A stretch of 64,000 nt of DNA from Raillietiella orientalis (GCA_036172245.1 JAYWIR010000017.1:2542001-2606000); one strand, 5' to 3'; shown: positions 40,721 to 54,164, numbered from the stretch's first letter. Translations and numbers: made by a program. The notes: generated by a model from the letters alone, not told the origin.

Positions 40721-42829
40721 TCAAATTTTCATGATCGAAATGATGCTGACCAAAAGAGCACGCGGATAGACGGAGGGGAGGACTTAAATATCCTCTTCGC
40801 CTCTCCTCTGCTTTTGATGCACTTCCTGCAGTTTTGCAGACTGGAACTGCTGAATGCATCCCGGGAACCCTGAGAGTTGGAACGCATCATTTCCTTCCTG
40901 ATGTGTTTCCACCCTCTTCTTGGGGATTCCCTCAACACTCCATCTCTTCTTGGGTGCCGAGATACCCCGGGGATACCGCAGCGATTTCTCCTACGATAGC
41001 GGGCACCCCGAGCAATTCTTTGATGCTCTCCTTCCATCTCGCCTATTCCAGCGCTGTTGATCGATAATTCATCATCCAGTATGACCACTTCGTCCCTTCG
41101 CCTCAGAGAAATGGATCTGGCTCCAGTCCGGCTCTGTCCAAGGCAGAACAGGGCATTCCCTTGATCCCAGTGCCTTACGACGAGAGATGTCCATGCTTCT
41201 TGGCATGGACATCTTGGTGCACTTAGACTGGAGGCGATTGACTTCATGTGTTCGTCATCTGCTGATCCCATGGATGCTACCATGGCTACTTCTCTCTCTT
41301 CTCTTCATCATTATTCTGGAGATCTCGCCTTTCCATGGTCCAAGTACTTCTGGTGGGGAGAGGGGAAGGGAAAGCAAAGATTGAAGCGGGATGAACGTGT
41401 AGTACCAAGAGATCTTTCAAGTGTAATTCCTCTGCTTGCAACACGTAAGGATGACTGCGCTTCTATCAGGAGCTGCATTTGTGAAATTCGTGATGAAATC
41501 CTTGCAAGCCAGGAGATAAAAAGCTCCTGGACTTAGCCACAAACCCCATGTCCGGATTGAGCCCCGAACAAGGTGTATCCTGTTGGAAATTTTGGGCTAG
41601 CGAAAAGTTAAGTTCCGGATGCATTCTTTTTCCAGGCCGTGTGCAGCATTGAACTTTGTTTTTCCCAAAGCAAAAGATGTCAGAGCTCATTCGGTGGAAC
41701 GAGATGAAGAGCAAACTTGCAGCACAAGTGAAGCACCTTGCAAAGGAACGCCAGTGTCCGGATACCTCACGGCGGGGAAAAAGATTACAGATCACCGCGA
41801 CCTGGAAACTGTGTTGCGCGGTGAGAACGACAAAGATACTGATAATGGAACGCTCTAATGCTTTTGATGACTTTTATTGATTGCACACACTAGTTTATCT
41901 GTGCTTCTTGATGGAATCTCTCGTCTGAGTATGAGCTGCAAGAATGGTGAATTTCTTGAAACAGCTGACTGTCGTGGTTCCCTGGGTCATTCTCAGAGCT
42001 TTCCAGCTGAAACAGTGCTTCAAAGAATAAAAGATGAATGTCGAGGATAAGAAATTAACTAGTCACTAGCTCATGTGGTATTCACTTGAAATGCCAAAGA
42101 TTTTAACGAGATTTCTGAAAGTAAAGAAAAGGAAGCTTTGGCAAGTAAAGCACGTGACACCTGGGCAACCAATTCGTGGTGCCAAGATAATAGATGTTGA
42201 GGAGGCAGCAGTAAAGGATAATCGAGGACTGCACTGAGGAATGTTCAACAAGGAAAAGTAAGGAAAAACTTCTAAGATGGAAGGGATGAATCTTGAAATG
42301 TGTCAGATTTAAGGAGCAAGGGAATTTCTCAAATCCTTTTTTTGTTTGTTTGTTTCAGTGAGAAGCAGTCCACGCAGTTTCCAAGTGAATCCTGAGTCTA
42401 TTGGAGATTTCAGGAACTCTTGCACATGGAATAGACAAACTCTCATTTCTAGAACTATTCATATGTGTTTCACTGCAGTGTAAAGCAACAGAACGTCCTG
42501 AAATCGCGGGAGGTTTTTTTTTACCCTGAGAAAAACCTCTTAATTTCATGGCTACAACGTAAAGCATTCCGGAATTCAGCGTCGATTTCTTATAGCCAGA
42601 AGATTCCATGAAATTTCCTTACTCCTGTTTTCGGCTTCCATTATTTATGTTTTGCGTAGATAATCTGTACCGAAAGCGTGTATTTCTTAAGCGAATCTCA
42701 CCACCTAGATAAATTGTTTTGATTTATCATCGAGAATGCCTCATTTTATGTATTTCCTTTTTTTTTTTTTTTCTTTCTTTCTTTTTCTTTTTTTTTGCCA
42801 GCTGTGGCAGCCTCTGATTCCAGCTACCA

Positions 42830-43270
42830 GTGTGATTCATTGACCCTCGATGACAAACCATCTGGCATCTCAAAACTGCTTTTGGCACTGCATCAGTCGG
42901 ATTTCATGCCTTGGAGAACGGAATGAGACTCGGATCCAACAAATCGATATTATGTATCCAAGGGAGCACTTGGAACTGTTTCGCCTCCAATGGAACATCG
43001 ATGATTGATGATCGGAAAAGACACTTTGCAATACTTCTGATATTGTTGAAGCGGATGTAGCAGCACTAAAAAAAATTACACAATGTATTTATCCCATGCA
43101 TCATCATGATCGATCATGATCCGATATTGATTATGTGAGGAGATGCTTCGGTTCTTTGACGGTCAGGTCTCAATAAATGTTCTGCTGTTCTCCGATGGCA
43201 ACGATTTCCTGGTCTTAAATCAAGACAGGCGAAATTATTGGTGCTCTGATAGGTTCCTTGCAATGCTGAC
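42830..43270 (+). pseudogene. Caspase-like domain remnant 2 (possible prodomain fragments at 41.5-42.2 kb)
   Basis: DDKPSGI..LHQSDF..RTE (KPRG.LII...F..R), PCIIMIDHD (CILSHG-like), FPGLKSRQAKLLVL..PC (CPxLxGKPKLFFIQAC-like). Confidence 0.45.
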
Positions 43271-43414
43271 AAGCGACTCAAGGTGCAGCTCGAAGCTCTC
43301 ATAGCAAGAGGAGATAGAGCTGGGATGGCCTCCAGGATAAGTAAGGAGCCAGGATCGTTTCCCTTTCCCCAGGGTTCCCCGTTTTCCTGTTTTCCTTGGT
43401 GACCCGGGGGAGTT

Positions 43415-43545
43415 CGGGAGTTCCCACCCGGTCACGCCGGGGCGTTTATTTCTAAACACAGTATATTTGCGGTACTAGGCCCAGCTACGGCCAATAGTTC
43501 ATGGGGCCTGCCGGGAAGCCGGTACGCAGACACTCCTCGGCATTC
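43415..43545 (-). mobile_element. Isolated LINE family A 3' terminus
   Basis: Near-identical direct repeat of 44041-44172 (gggagttcccacccggtcacgccgggg..tttatttctaaac..). Confidence 0.85.
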
Positions 43546-43587
43546 TACTGTGGCTGCAGTTTGGCGTTGACATCATCAGCGCGGTAG

Positions 43588-43830
43588 GTTTTTTTTAACC
43601 GGATCCGCCAGGGCATTTATTATAAAAGTAATAAATTTACTGGCTGTGGTATGACCCTTACCACTTTCGAGATGGCACTTGCCCAGCAGGCCGGTACGCA
43701 GACTGGTAAGGTTCGCCTCAGCAGCGAAAGGGAAGGGAGCATAAGAAAGAAGAAAAATAAAGAAAAACCAAAAAAAAGGTTCGAAGTCTTTCATGAAGGG
43801 AAGGGGGAGGGATAGAAAGGGATTGCTGCT
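43588..43830 (-). mobile_element. LINE family A 3' UTR with AATAAA and short poly(A) tail
   Basis: Minus strand ends aataaatgccctggcggatccggtt-aaaaaaaaa and contains the family motif gtctgcgtaccggc. Confidence 0.75.
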
Positions 43831-43849
43831 AAGAGTCCTTTGCATGCTA

Positions 43850-44045
43850 GACCAGGATGCTGTCAAGTTCGTTGCTATCTCGTGGCAGTCCTCAGGCTGC
43901 CTGGAATTCCTCCGAGGACCTGAACTGGTTCCCGGCGTGCAGAAACAGTGGTGCCTTTCCTCTGAAGTAGCAGGAGTTGGGTGCCGCTGATCTTGCATTG
44001 GGGAATCCCGTGCGAAGCGCGCCTTCAGCATTGGACCCGAGGGAG
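43850..44045 (+). mobile_element. LINE family A internal ORF2 fragment, inverted relative to its neighbours
   Basis: LILHWGIPCEARLQHWTRG, homologous to LLLHWGLPCNARRHHWT. Confidence 0.8.
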
Positions 44046-45400
44046 TTCCCACCCGGTCACGCCGGGGCATTTATTTCTAAACAGTATATTTGCGGTACTA
44101 GGCCCCGCTACGGCCAATAGTTCCTGGGACCTGCCAGGAAGCTGGTTCGCAGACCGGCTTGACTCTCCTCGGCAGCGGGGGGGGGGGGTAACACAAAAAG
44201 AAAAATAAATGAAATAACAAAAAGAAACACTTTGGAGGGCCGAAAAGGGATCACTGTCCGCTGGAGGAAGAGACCATTTTTTCCAGGATGCCCTCGAGGT
44301 CCCTCGTCATAGCTCCCAGATGGGACCAGCCGATCGCGATTCGCAGGTAGCGACCCGCGTGTACGATGGGGTCTCTGTCGCTGCTTCCTCTGTTGGCTGC
44401 GCTCCAGGCGGCCACAATCCCTCGGAGGCAGCAGAGCGCTGCCAGGGTTGAGGCTGGTGGCAGGGCGTCTCGCACGAAGAGGAGTCTCACAACGTCTCTG
44501 GGGGTACTGCCGACCGGCATAGGGAGGGTCGTAGCATAACGTTCCCACAAGGGCCGGAGGGCAGCGCAGTCCACTAACAGATGGGGGAGGGATTCCTTCT
44601 CCCCGCACACTGCACAGTTCTGTCCCACGTTCCCGAACGTCCAGTGGTGGCGGCGCGCGTTGCAGGGAAGACCCCAGTGCAACAGCAGCAGCGCCGATTC
44701 CTGCCACTTGAGGGGGAGGGTGGATGTGTCTCTAAATACCAGGGGCCAATTTAGGTCATCCAGCGGGATGCCCAGCAGCTCGCCCCATCTCCGTATTCCA
44801 TGCGGGTGAACGCTTGGGGTTGCGGCGTCTGCCAGTTCCCTCATGGTCCAACCGCTTAACCGCTTCTTCTTGCCCGCTATCCGGCAGGAGACTTGCCACC
44901 TCAGCGTTTGGCTGCTGCCGAGCGCCCTCCTCAAGAAGGCAGCGCCGTGGTCAGTGGGGTCGTCTCCGCCCACGTGCTTCTGGAAGGACACTCGAGCATG
45001 TTCCGCAGCGTACAGCGGGTGTAGATGCCGGGTCGCAGGCGGTTCCAGGATTGACCACCTTTCTGGTTCAGCTTCGCCCACGTGCCAACTGTTTCTTCCA
45101 GCCATGCGCTGGAGTTGGCGGGGCTGTAGGCCATCCAGCCGTTCTCCTTGGCCAGGGTGGCCATGTGTCCGAGGAGAAGGCCGCATCTTATTTTCCGGCC
45201 GGGACACAGAAGAAAAGAGGAGAGCCCTCCCGCTTTGGATACACGTCTGACGAGGAGGCAGGCCGAAACGCACCAATGGGTGCTCCAGTACTTCGCTGCG
45301 ATGGCCGAGGTTCGCCATCACAGCTGAATTTCCACCCACTCCAGCGTCAGGATGCCGAGGCCGCCATCCCGACGTGAAGCGCACTAGTCCTGAGAGGCAC
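44041..45400 (-). mobile_element. Best-preserved LINE family A copy: 5'-truncated L1/Tx1-like ORF2 from the thumb to the CCHC domain, plus 3' UTR
   Basis: RRDGGLGILTLE at about 45345-45375; HWGLPCNARRHHW..CAVCGEKESLPHLLVDC..LW (CX2C..H...C zf-RVT); stop at 44251; T-rich UTR and AATAAA. The N-terminal part of ORF 44251-45402 is out of frame. Confidence 0.9.
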
Positions 45401-45474
45401 ACAAGGTCTCGGCAGGAGGCACTGGGACCCGGGGGAGGGTGGGCGCGGAGTGAGACAGGTTCAGGGAAAAAGAG

Positions 45475-45720
45475 ACCCTCCCACCCCTGCTTTTGGACTT
45501 TTGTGCTGCCCTCTGATCCCTTCGAGATCCTCTAGCGACGACCCTCACAATCCCGTTGAGCAGCCCCAGGGACACTTTGAAACATCTCTTTGTGCTCGAT
45601 GCCGCACTGCCGCCAGCACCACGCCCTTGCAACTCTCCGCTGTGCCGTTCGCGGGATCGTGGCAACCTGGAACGCAGCAAAGAGAGGCCAGGATGGAGGG
45701 GGCGTCATCCGCTGGTTAAG
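45475..45720 (+). mobile_element. Diverged LINE family A ORF2 C-terminal fragment
   Basis: SSPRDTLKHLFVLDAALPPA..RGIVATWNAAKRG matches STPRDVVRLLFVRDALPPA..RGIVAAWSAANRG. Confidence 0.8.
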
Positions 45721-46649
45721 GTGGTAAGTAGAGCACGAGTTTTCTTTGATGGACACTACTCTTTCCGAAGAGTTGCCTTCGCATGTTTCCTAACTGATGA
45801 GAGATCGAGATGTGTCTTTAGCGCTCCTCCCACATAGTTTTCTCAACCACTCAATGCTTCATTGCAGCTCTTTTCCGTCGAGAAGTTTCCATTATTATTA
45901 TTGTTGCTACTTTATTTAGAGATAACCGGAGATTGAGCTTTTGCATCTCAGCAAGCCAACAATCCAGATGAGCTGTTTATGGAGAGCGAGACGACTTTGA
46001 AGCCGCTGATTCAAGAGGAAAGGTTATAGAATTTCCAGTCGGGATTAAATCTTGTTTCCCAGAATTTCCATTGCGACGCGGCAGCTCGAGATCAACGTAT
46101 CATCTTCTTCGCCATCTTTAAAAGGCATGAAAATGGTTTTTGGTGGATTTCGAAGCCATCTCCGGCTTTTTTTTTTTCATCTGCTTACTCACTGCATGAT
46201 AGCCTCTAAACTCTCTCTGGTTTATTTGAACATCCCATTCAATCCGCTACTCCAAACTCTTCCTTTGCCAATTTGCTCGCGTGGTTTTCCCGAGTTTCCA
46301 CCATGTGCTTCGGGAACCGCATGGCTAACATCCCCGATAAGAAGGAATGAAGGTCACTGATACTGGCGGCTGGTCCTGCATCCACAAATACCCTCGTTTG
46401 GCAACCTCGATTCTTGCTGTAATTCATTCCCGATGCAAGAATTGATCCGAAAGTCCTTGACCTTGTCAGCCGTTTTTTCCTTTAACCTCCATCTACCTAG
46501 GAAGCACATTGCCGATGAGGGTATTATTACCAACAGTGGACGCCGCAGTTTATGAACCGGTACGATCCATCAAATTGATCCTCTAGACTGGATGGAGTAA
46601 ATGTTAAATCACATGTGAGTAATGACTCCAGTTTCGCTGGCCTCATCAC

Positions 46650-48450
46650 TCACTCCGAGATTTAATTTCCTTAGAAACGCTCGCAGGCTCCAGCCGTGAT
46701 CCCCGGGTGGGACCAGCGGAACCGCAGGCTTGAAACGAGACCTCCTCATCAACTTGGATCGCGGCCTCCTCGTGCCCTGGCTAGAAGCAGGTGGGATCTC
46801 TCACCCGAGCCTTGCGCTCCTGCGCTGCGTCAGGATGCCGTCCCCAATCTGGTATTCCACAGGCGATTTCTCCCGCAGCACCAAGGCTACTCCTCTGTTC
46901 CCTGTGGGTCGGAGAGGCTCCTCTCCCAACTCGAAGCCACGTTGGAAAATCTCGATGGGCGCGATTGGAAGCGACGCCTTGAGCGAGAAGATGAGCATGG
47001 AAGAAAAAAGACGTCCCTTTTGTGTTCGGGAACTGGGAGGAATAGTAGCACTCCCGGTTCCGCAGGATCGTAACTGGGATGAATCCCAGAATGGCTTCTT
47101 AACCGCTGAACGAGCGCGAATCTGCCTCCGTCCCATCGTGTTAAAAGTGGTTCCGAAGATTTTTCTCAGATTTGCCGGAGCACAGCCTCTCTCCCGTCTC
47201 AGAACCCAAACGGAGTGCTCCCTGTTTTCCTACTACTCCCTTTGCCATCCACCTTGGGCGTGGTCACCTCAGACAGAAGAACCTTTCCCTGATCTCATTC
47301 CTCCGAGGAAGAAACGCCCGTGCTCACTATTAATACGCTTCTTCTGGGCTCCAAGGTCAACGCTATTCATCTGCCGCGCCTCCCATTCGGCATAAAAAAA
47401 AGAAAAAAACTGCTTCCGCGTCCAAACCTTCATTCTCCTGCGAAAGCGCTGGTGAACGCGTCCGTGGAAATCCCTCCCCTTCTCTTGAATCGACTGAGAA
47501 CGCCTTCTTCGGTTGATTCCAGGATGTTTCAGGTTGAGATCGGGCCCGTGTGGCCATGCCCACTTGTCGTTTCCAAAACCGCCACCTCATCTCAACACAT
47601 CCCCCATCATGTGACTGTCTGCACTGTCATCGGCTGGGTTTCTACGTGCTCCACCACCTATTCCTACAAGGAGACAACTTCCAGTTTCGCTAGGCCTTTC
47701 CATCCCAGATCGCCAGGTCACCCCTTTCACAACGAATCCATGAAAATTCTCTGAAGATTCGAGGATGCACTGGGAAGACAAGCAGATGAAATGTCCACCG
47801 TTCGCATGGCCTTAGCCTCTCTCGGCTGCGGTTCCTACCTCGCATCCAGAGCTCCTTCGAATGGGGAGTCCAGATAGGGGTTATTGTCGTGGTCCTCCCT
47901 CGCCATCCACGCAGCCCTACTGCGGAGAAGCAGCACCCAAAATAGCATCCGGCTCAAAGTCTTTGAGGAGGACCCCTTTGCTTGGGGCTCGAAATCCGCC
48001 CCGAGCCCTCGGCCCGCGCTCCGAGCGCCGGGGATGCGCGCCTCAAACGTTCGGGGGCGGGTGCTTTACAGTCCCGTGGCCGGCACTCCAGAACTGCTGG
48101 AGCCGGGAGGCTCACGTTGCGAGCGTCCTTTGCGATCCACACTTCCTCTCTAGAGCATCGGGTCGTCAGCTGATCTACAGCTCTCCCGGGGAGTGGAGGG
48201 TATACCAGGGGACGATGCTCCTGCATCCGACGCTGAGGATTCCCTTGGGCTACCGGCTCAGGGTCGAGGCAACTTAATTGGCTGGCTTCTGGCTGTCCTC
48301 AGGACACCACGAGGATTGCGCGTGCTGGCGTGGCAATCCCCTAGGACGACGTCCGGAGGGCGCAACCGCCTTCCTTCTTTCACCGAGCCGACCGGGATGC
48401 CAGCAGGACGCGTCCAGAATTCGAGCTCGATCCTTTCCTCGAAGCAGTAG
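46650..48450 (-). mobile_element. Decayed LINE ORF1/APE remnants, possibly interrupted by a Tc1/mariner-like piece at about 47400-47760
   Basis: RKCGSQRTLA (knuckle-like, about 48130); GNRGVALVLRE (APE GVAI-like, about 46880); internal WAWPHGPDLNL and DDSADSH resemble the WPxxSPDLN and QDGAPAH transposase motifs. Confidence 0.3.
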
Positions 48451-49399
48451 TTTCGAGAGCGGCTGCGAGTTGGCGCCCCACATCTCCACCCCGACCTCGG
48501 GCGACGACACTTTAATGCGAACACCCAGCGTGGTTCACTGACAATCGTGCGGTGCCGAGTGGACGAGAATGCCTTTGGCAGCGCGGTTGAGGAAGCGCAA
48601 CGGCGTGCTTCTGCTACGCACTCCACTTCTCCGCTTCTCTTCAGACTGCTCCTCTTGCGGACAGCGACTTCAGTCGAGACGCGCGCATGGATTCTTAACC
48701 CAGAAGTTATAGAGGATATCCGCAGGATAAGGAGTGGGACGCTGCATGACGGAATTTTACGCAGGACGTGCCTGTCTTCGTCGGTCCAGGTGCATCTGGA
48801 TCCGAGTACCCATGTCTTCTTGAACACAATCCTGCGACTACCGGACTCCAGATTTCATCCTCGTTGTTCTGTCGAAGACAGCGGTTCCAGCTGCGAGCTG
48901 GGCGTCTCCGCCCGGCTCTCCTTCGGCCGGCCTTCCTTCGACAGGACGCATGCAGCGCGCGGCGCCCGCTCTCTCACGCTCTTCGTACTCTTCACGTGTC
49001 CGGGCAGCCGCCCGCATTTTCCCGACGTCTGCCCGAACCCCATTAGACATCTCCGGAGGCTGGCCGCGAAAGATCTTTTTCTCGATCGCATCTTGTAGAG
49101 TGCGGCGGGAAAGTTCCGCGACGCGCGCAGTGGAGGAAGGGGGGGGGAAGATTCGAACGGCTTCAAGCACCTTCCCACGTAGAAGACACTGTTGGCATCC
49201 CTTGGCGAATCTCCGTAGAGGCATCGGAGGCCGGAGCATGGCTTGCCCGTAGTTCGAATCCTCGCCTTCACGGATGTCTAGTGCTCTTCAAAAAGGGCGC
49301 CGAGCTTCTGGAGATGCACCGCTCCCGTTGCAAGGAAATTTTTTCATGCGTGTAGCAGAAACGCGCGTCAGACGAAAAGCCCGCGGCGCACCGGGTCCC

Positions 49400-50200
49400 G
49401 AAAATCAATAAATAAAGACTCTGCGATGAGGAAGGGCCGGAACGAGGAGGGGCAATGTCTCTGGGGGCAGCAAAAGGCAGGGGCGTGGGTGCGGCGCGGG
49501 TCCACTTGATAATGGGTATGGGTGGAACGGACCGGTCTCGAGTGGATCGAAGCGTTTCTGGAGGGCCCGTGTGGGTCCGTCTAAAGGAGGAGCGAAGGAA
49601 ATGTGTCCACCTAACCACAGTGGCCTCCTCGTTCGGGTTCGGATTCTTTCAGCACCCTTCGCATGCTTGCGGCTGCGATTGCAAACCCCCAGGGGCACCG
49701 TCTTCCTCTTCCATGCTGCCCACCGTCGCTGCCGAAGGGGACGGGGTGACAGAGAGGGAGCCGGTACTAATCCTGAAGAACTGGACGTTCGTTCGAGCAG
49801 AGCTTGCAAGCAGCACGGGGAAGTGCAGTGCCCCTGCGATGAGCGTCCATCCCTGCAACAGCCCGACTCGTTTGCGACGCATACACGGAAGAGTTGGCCA
49901 CCGTTCCGCAACGGGAGCGTGCTGAGGTCCGTCGCTGCAGAGGCAGAGTGGCGTTTCGTCATCTGGAGGTGGAAGCCCTGGTGCACTAGAGAGGTGGCGA
50001 GGAGCTGGTAGCGAAGGAGGTCCGAGTCGCAGATCAGCGTGTTCGGAACCGCGACGCGCTCCTCCAGGAATTTGTGGAACCAGTCGCCGAGCTCTACTCC
50101 ACATGGTGGGCGAGCCTCGGGTTTCGCAGCCCGCGTCCACCATGGCTCCGCTCGGCACCATGTTCCGGACATGTGATCAAAGAGGAGAGCGCGAAAACGC
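49400..50200 (-). mobile_element. LINE family B ORF2 C-terminus and 3' end
   Basis: Homologous to 24560-24960; FRVCVANES..CRD is a degenerate CCHC region; ends in a T-rich tract. Confidence 0.65.
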
Positions 50201-51329
50201 CTGCGCCACATGCGAAGTTGGAAGATGCTGCGTCACAAGCGTCTCGGCGAAGCCCCGTCCTGCAAGGGGACGGTCGTCACGGCAGCTGGTTTCCTCCGAC
50301 GTAAGAGCCGAGGTACTGACTGTGGTCAGCTTCTTCAACGGATACTCGAAGGCAAATGCGCGGTTCCGGAAAACATCTTCGTAGTTTGCCCATGGGGAAA
50401 GATGCTAAAGCAGCAGAATCGAAAAGGAACCACGAAATCCTTTCTTGGTTCCCTGTCTGCTTTTCGATGGCGATCTCACTATGGGTTCAAAAATGTGCTG
50501 GAACAGACCTTTGTTTTAGATGCTCTCGAAGAGGAACGCGACTGCATTGATAAGAGAACTGCGAGAAAACTGAGGTTTCGATGAAACCTATCGATAAAAC
50601 CGGGCATTTGAGATCTTAAAGAGTTGTCGAGGTCGCGCTCCGGTGAATCAGTAGGCAAGACGGTCTCATTAGCAGCTGGATCTTGGATGCTCAGATGCAT
50701 CTTAGCGCCTCCCAAACCACCCGAAAAGACCGTTATCTGATTAGTAAAAAGTCTCCTAATATTGTGGATAATCCAGGCGCTGCAGGCTTTACTCTTCTAA
50801 CATTTTGGCGAAATGCGCGCTCATTTGAAATGGACGTATCCTCGTCCTTTTTTTTCTCTTTTCGTCCCAAGCTCGGTTCGAGACGGGGCTACGCTCAAGA
50901 AGCCGTTCTCACCGCTTTAGGGATGGAAGTTTGCCCGGGGAGGTTAAAGGTAATTGTGCTGTGGGATTACCTTCTTGCGTGTTGCATACGATCGATCACA
51001 CTTTAAGATAATCTTAATCAATCATTCTGTTTTATTTTTCTCTTTGATGTGTTCCTGCGCCACATTAGCCCGCTCACCAGTCTCATCTCCCCGTCACTTT
51101 CGAATGGCAGCGAACGCTTCTTTTAAGGTCTTAAGAGCTTAGTTACACGTTGTCGCTCTTCTGCGATGTCACTGTCTACACCGCATGAGCGCTTCCCACT
51201 CTTCCCACTCTCCTGACTCTTCCGAACACTCTCGGCATTGGATCTCTTAAAGTGCTCGTTCGGTCTGGATTCCGCTCAGCTGCAGACATGCAAAGCTCTT
51301 TCACACGTGCTGAATTCGCTCCATGGAAT

Positions 51330-51900
51330 GCCGTGTAAGCCGAGGAGAAGCAGTTGCTGGCTCATCTCGCTCGTCCGACATGCTTGAGCTCTCCCATATC
51401 TGGAAAACCGTTTCGGACTAGAGATATACTTGAACCACTCCTTGATCCTCCAATGGAAACGTATCCTGGAGGAGTCTTGAAGAATACTCTTCCTGCCGTT
51501 CGTCGCCAAGGCTCAGGAGAACCGTGCCAGTTCCTTCCCTCTGCGAAACGAAAGATTTGAACAACAAGCACCACCAACTAACGACTTCCGAGTTTTCGTT
51601 CTTTCCCGCTTCAACGTGCGTTCCCAACGGGACAGCGACTAAAACATCGGGACATCTGCAAGTTTTCAGGCTGCTTGACTGCCGTTATCGTTTGTCGCTG
51701 GTTGCCTCAGTTACCGACCGTGGGCCACCGCCACTCATGCGTGAGGCAACTTGATCCAGGCATATGAAAGATCGCTCTGAGCTCGTGTGAACGTGACGAG
51801 CTCGTTAAATGGAGACAATCGGTGTTGGCGATTGGCCTCTTCCTTCTCCCTTGCTCGTCCACAAATCTTCCAACGTTTCCATGAGTAAACATGGAGAGAA
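51330..51900 (-). pseudogene. Caspase-like domain remnant 3 (p20 plus p10)
   Basis: HELRAIFHMPG (LxxxFxxLG), DVLVAVPLGTH (VxxLSHG), SLVG/VLVVQ (LxGKPKxxxxQ), FFKTPPGYVSIGGSRSGS (p10 STxPGYVSxR..GS). Confidence 0.55.
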
Positions 51901-52609
51901 GATTTTCAGGAAGGAAAATTACAAGGAGATCGGTGCTTCCAGAGGATGCTGAAGCATCCATTATTTGTGATTCATGTTCGCGTCCCCGAGCCGAGATCCA
52001 CTCTCGCCATCACCTCGACGAGCAGCCGCCCTGTGGAAACAGGTGAAAGTGGCGTAGCATCACTATGCAGATGAAGCCTCCTGCTGGTGTTTCACACGAC
52101 AGCGGTTGTACGTCGGAGCAAGAAACCCAACTTCCAATTTTGTGAAAGATCATTGCGTCACAACTGGTCTTGCAGAAACAGAAGGGAGCAAAAGAAGATC
52201 TTCGCCGATGCCCCATGCTCAAGGATATTGTGGTGGTTTAGCCACCTGCTCACCTCACCCAATTTCCAAAGCTCTCCTCTCGAAACAGCCTGCGTCGAGT
52301 AGGCGATCCCTAAGCAACCCGTAAAGTGAGGAACAGTTGAAAACCCTGCGGCACGCTCTTGAGTAATGCGTCACTTCTGCAGCCAGAGGTCCTTTCTCTT
52401 CGCAGGAGCGCTGCAACTACTCGACAATGTCCCATTGGACCGCTTCAGAAAAGTGCCGTTCTCAATATCTGTGGGTTACCTTCTCGTCGGCCTTGTAGAG
52501 CTCTTCCTTCTCAGCACAGGGATTCTGGAATTAAAATTTTACAAGAACACTTACAATCCATTATTATTGTCATATGCACTGACAATCAACACTGAGCAAG
52601 CAAAAAAAA

Positions 52610-53100
52610 AAAAAGAACGCATACGTCGTTGAGGGACAGAAGACGAAACGTTGTCCCACATACTAAATAGACGCAAGAAACACGCTCCTCTGTTCATGGC
52701 ACGCCACGACGCGATTCAGGAAATAATCCTAAGGGCCACGGTGGATGAAGCAAACTTCAGTCTTGTGTCAAGAAACCAGAGATTAACAAGAAAACCGGTC
52801 ATGGAAAAAGGAAATTGATCTTAGCCTAAAGGCCGAGAAGCGATATGTGTGCTAGACGTCTTCTGCCCATACGAAAATGGAAGAGGAGCGTTCATCGCAG
52901 CCAGGAAGAACAAGGAAGGACCTTGCACTACAGATGGGAAAAGATGGAATGCAAAGCAAAGCACACGCGTTGATCGTTGGCTCTCTGGGTGCATGGGATC
53001 CTGGTAATAAAGAAGTATCACAAGATCTAAGAATACCTAAGAAGAAGCTGGTGGAACTGAGACACCGGATGTAGGCTACGTGTATCCGGTACTCAGGTGC
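52610..53100 (+). mobile_element. RLE-type non-LTR retrotransposon (NeSL/Utopia-like) C-terminus: CCHC plus restriction-like endonuclease, decayed
   Basis: RR*GTEDETLSHILN..MARHDAIQ..VLDVFCPYENG..AFIAARKNK..LIVGSLGAWDPGN..CIRYS. Confidence 0.85.
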
Positions 53101-54164
53101 AGCCCACATCGCAAGGAAAACCGATAGCTGGCTGGAGAATCTAGACAATCTTCGCTCGCCATACTAAAGCCAGGAAGCGGAGGAATCACCATGAAGGAGG
53201 GTGGAGAGCGCCACAAGTGAACAGAGGAGTAACTGCGAAAGATTGCAATCATTATTAGTATTGCCATCTTCGTTTCGGTAGCTTTCACACTGAGGACCAC
53301 CTGCGAAATTGGGTGAAGGTTGTCCACCTAGTAAGCGTTCATAACGTTTGCAAGGAGGCAAGCTGAAGAACCCTGGAAACCAGAGCGGAATCTTTGAGAA
53401 GAACTTCAGACATACGGGGCTCTGTCAGTCATTGCTGTCATTTGGATCCGCATGTTTGTTTCTTGTTCCATCCCTCTCAGCACGTGAGTGACGTTTTGGA
53501 ATTTTAGCTCGAACACTTGCCGTGTGCGCCAAATTCCTCAGCTGAATGGTTGCCTTATGGTTTCTCTAGAGGCGGCATCTGAAATCCTTACCTTCATAAA
53601 GCAAATGCGCTTCATTCCGCGCGTGCACTGATAATGGCTGGGCAAGAAATGGAACAATTAGCAGTTTTTCTTGCAGCTCAGACGTATCATGTTCATCTTT
53701 CGTTGAATGGATCCTCCCACATGTTTCTTTCTTTCTTTCTTTTTTCCCCCCTTGTTTTCTACAGAGTTATTTATTGTGTTCTTTATTATATAGATCTGGG
53801 ATCTACTTTACGTTTGTGCTGCTCTTTCAAATGGCAACAGGCGGTTGCTTGGAGTCTCTCTGAAGATATGGGTCACATAAAGGGGTTTCCTCTAGGCGCT
53901 GCTCAATCCTCCGCTGCAGTCCTGCTTCGAGATTAGGGCAGTCCATCTCGAAGTTGCGAAATCTTCTGCTTCATCGAAAGGCCTTGCATTGGCGCAGGAC
54001 TTACTAGACATCGCGGCTGCATTGGAGCCTCAGAGAACATTCCCAAATGAATCCTTTCCACTCCCTGTCGTGGTAGCTCGTGAAGACCAAGCACCACCCC
54101 AGATCTTCTTCTGCGGACTCTCGTTACGACCACTTTGTTCCTTCTCTCTCGTGGAGATTCTACA

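Noticed and set aside
44251..45402. 383-aa ORF as an intact gene
   Set aside because: It is a 5'-truncated LINE ORF2 piece; the conserved GGLGI and WLEE..W blocks lie in other frames.
51276..51509. QACRT in this ORF as the caspase active site
   Set aside because: It lies downstream of the p10 TPPGYVS motif and in another frame, so the order is wrong; probably coincidental.
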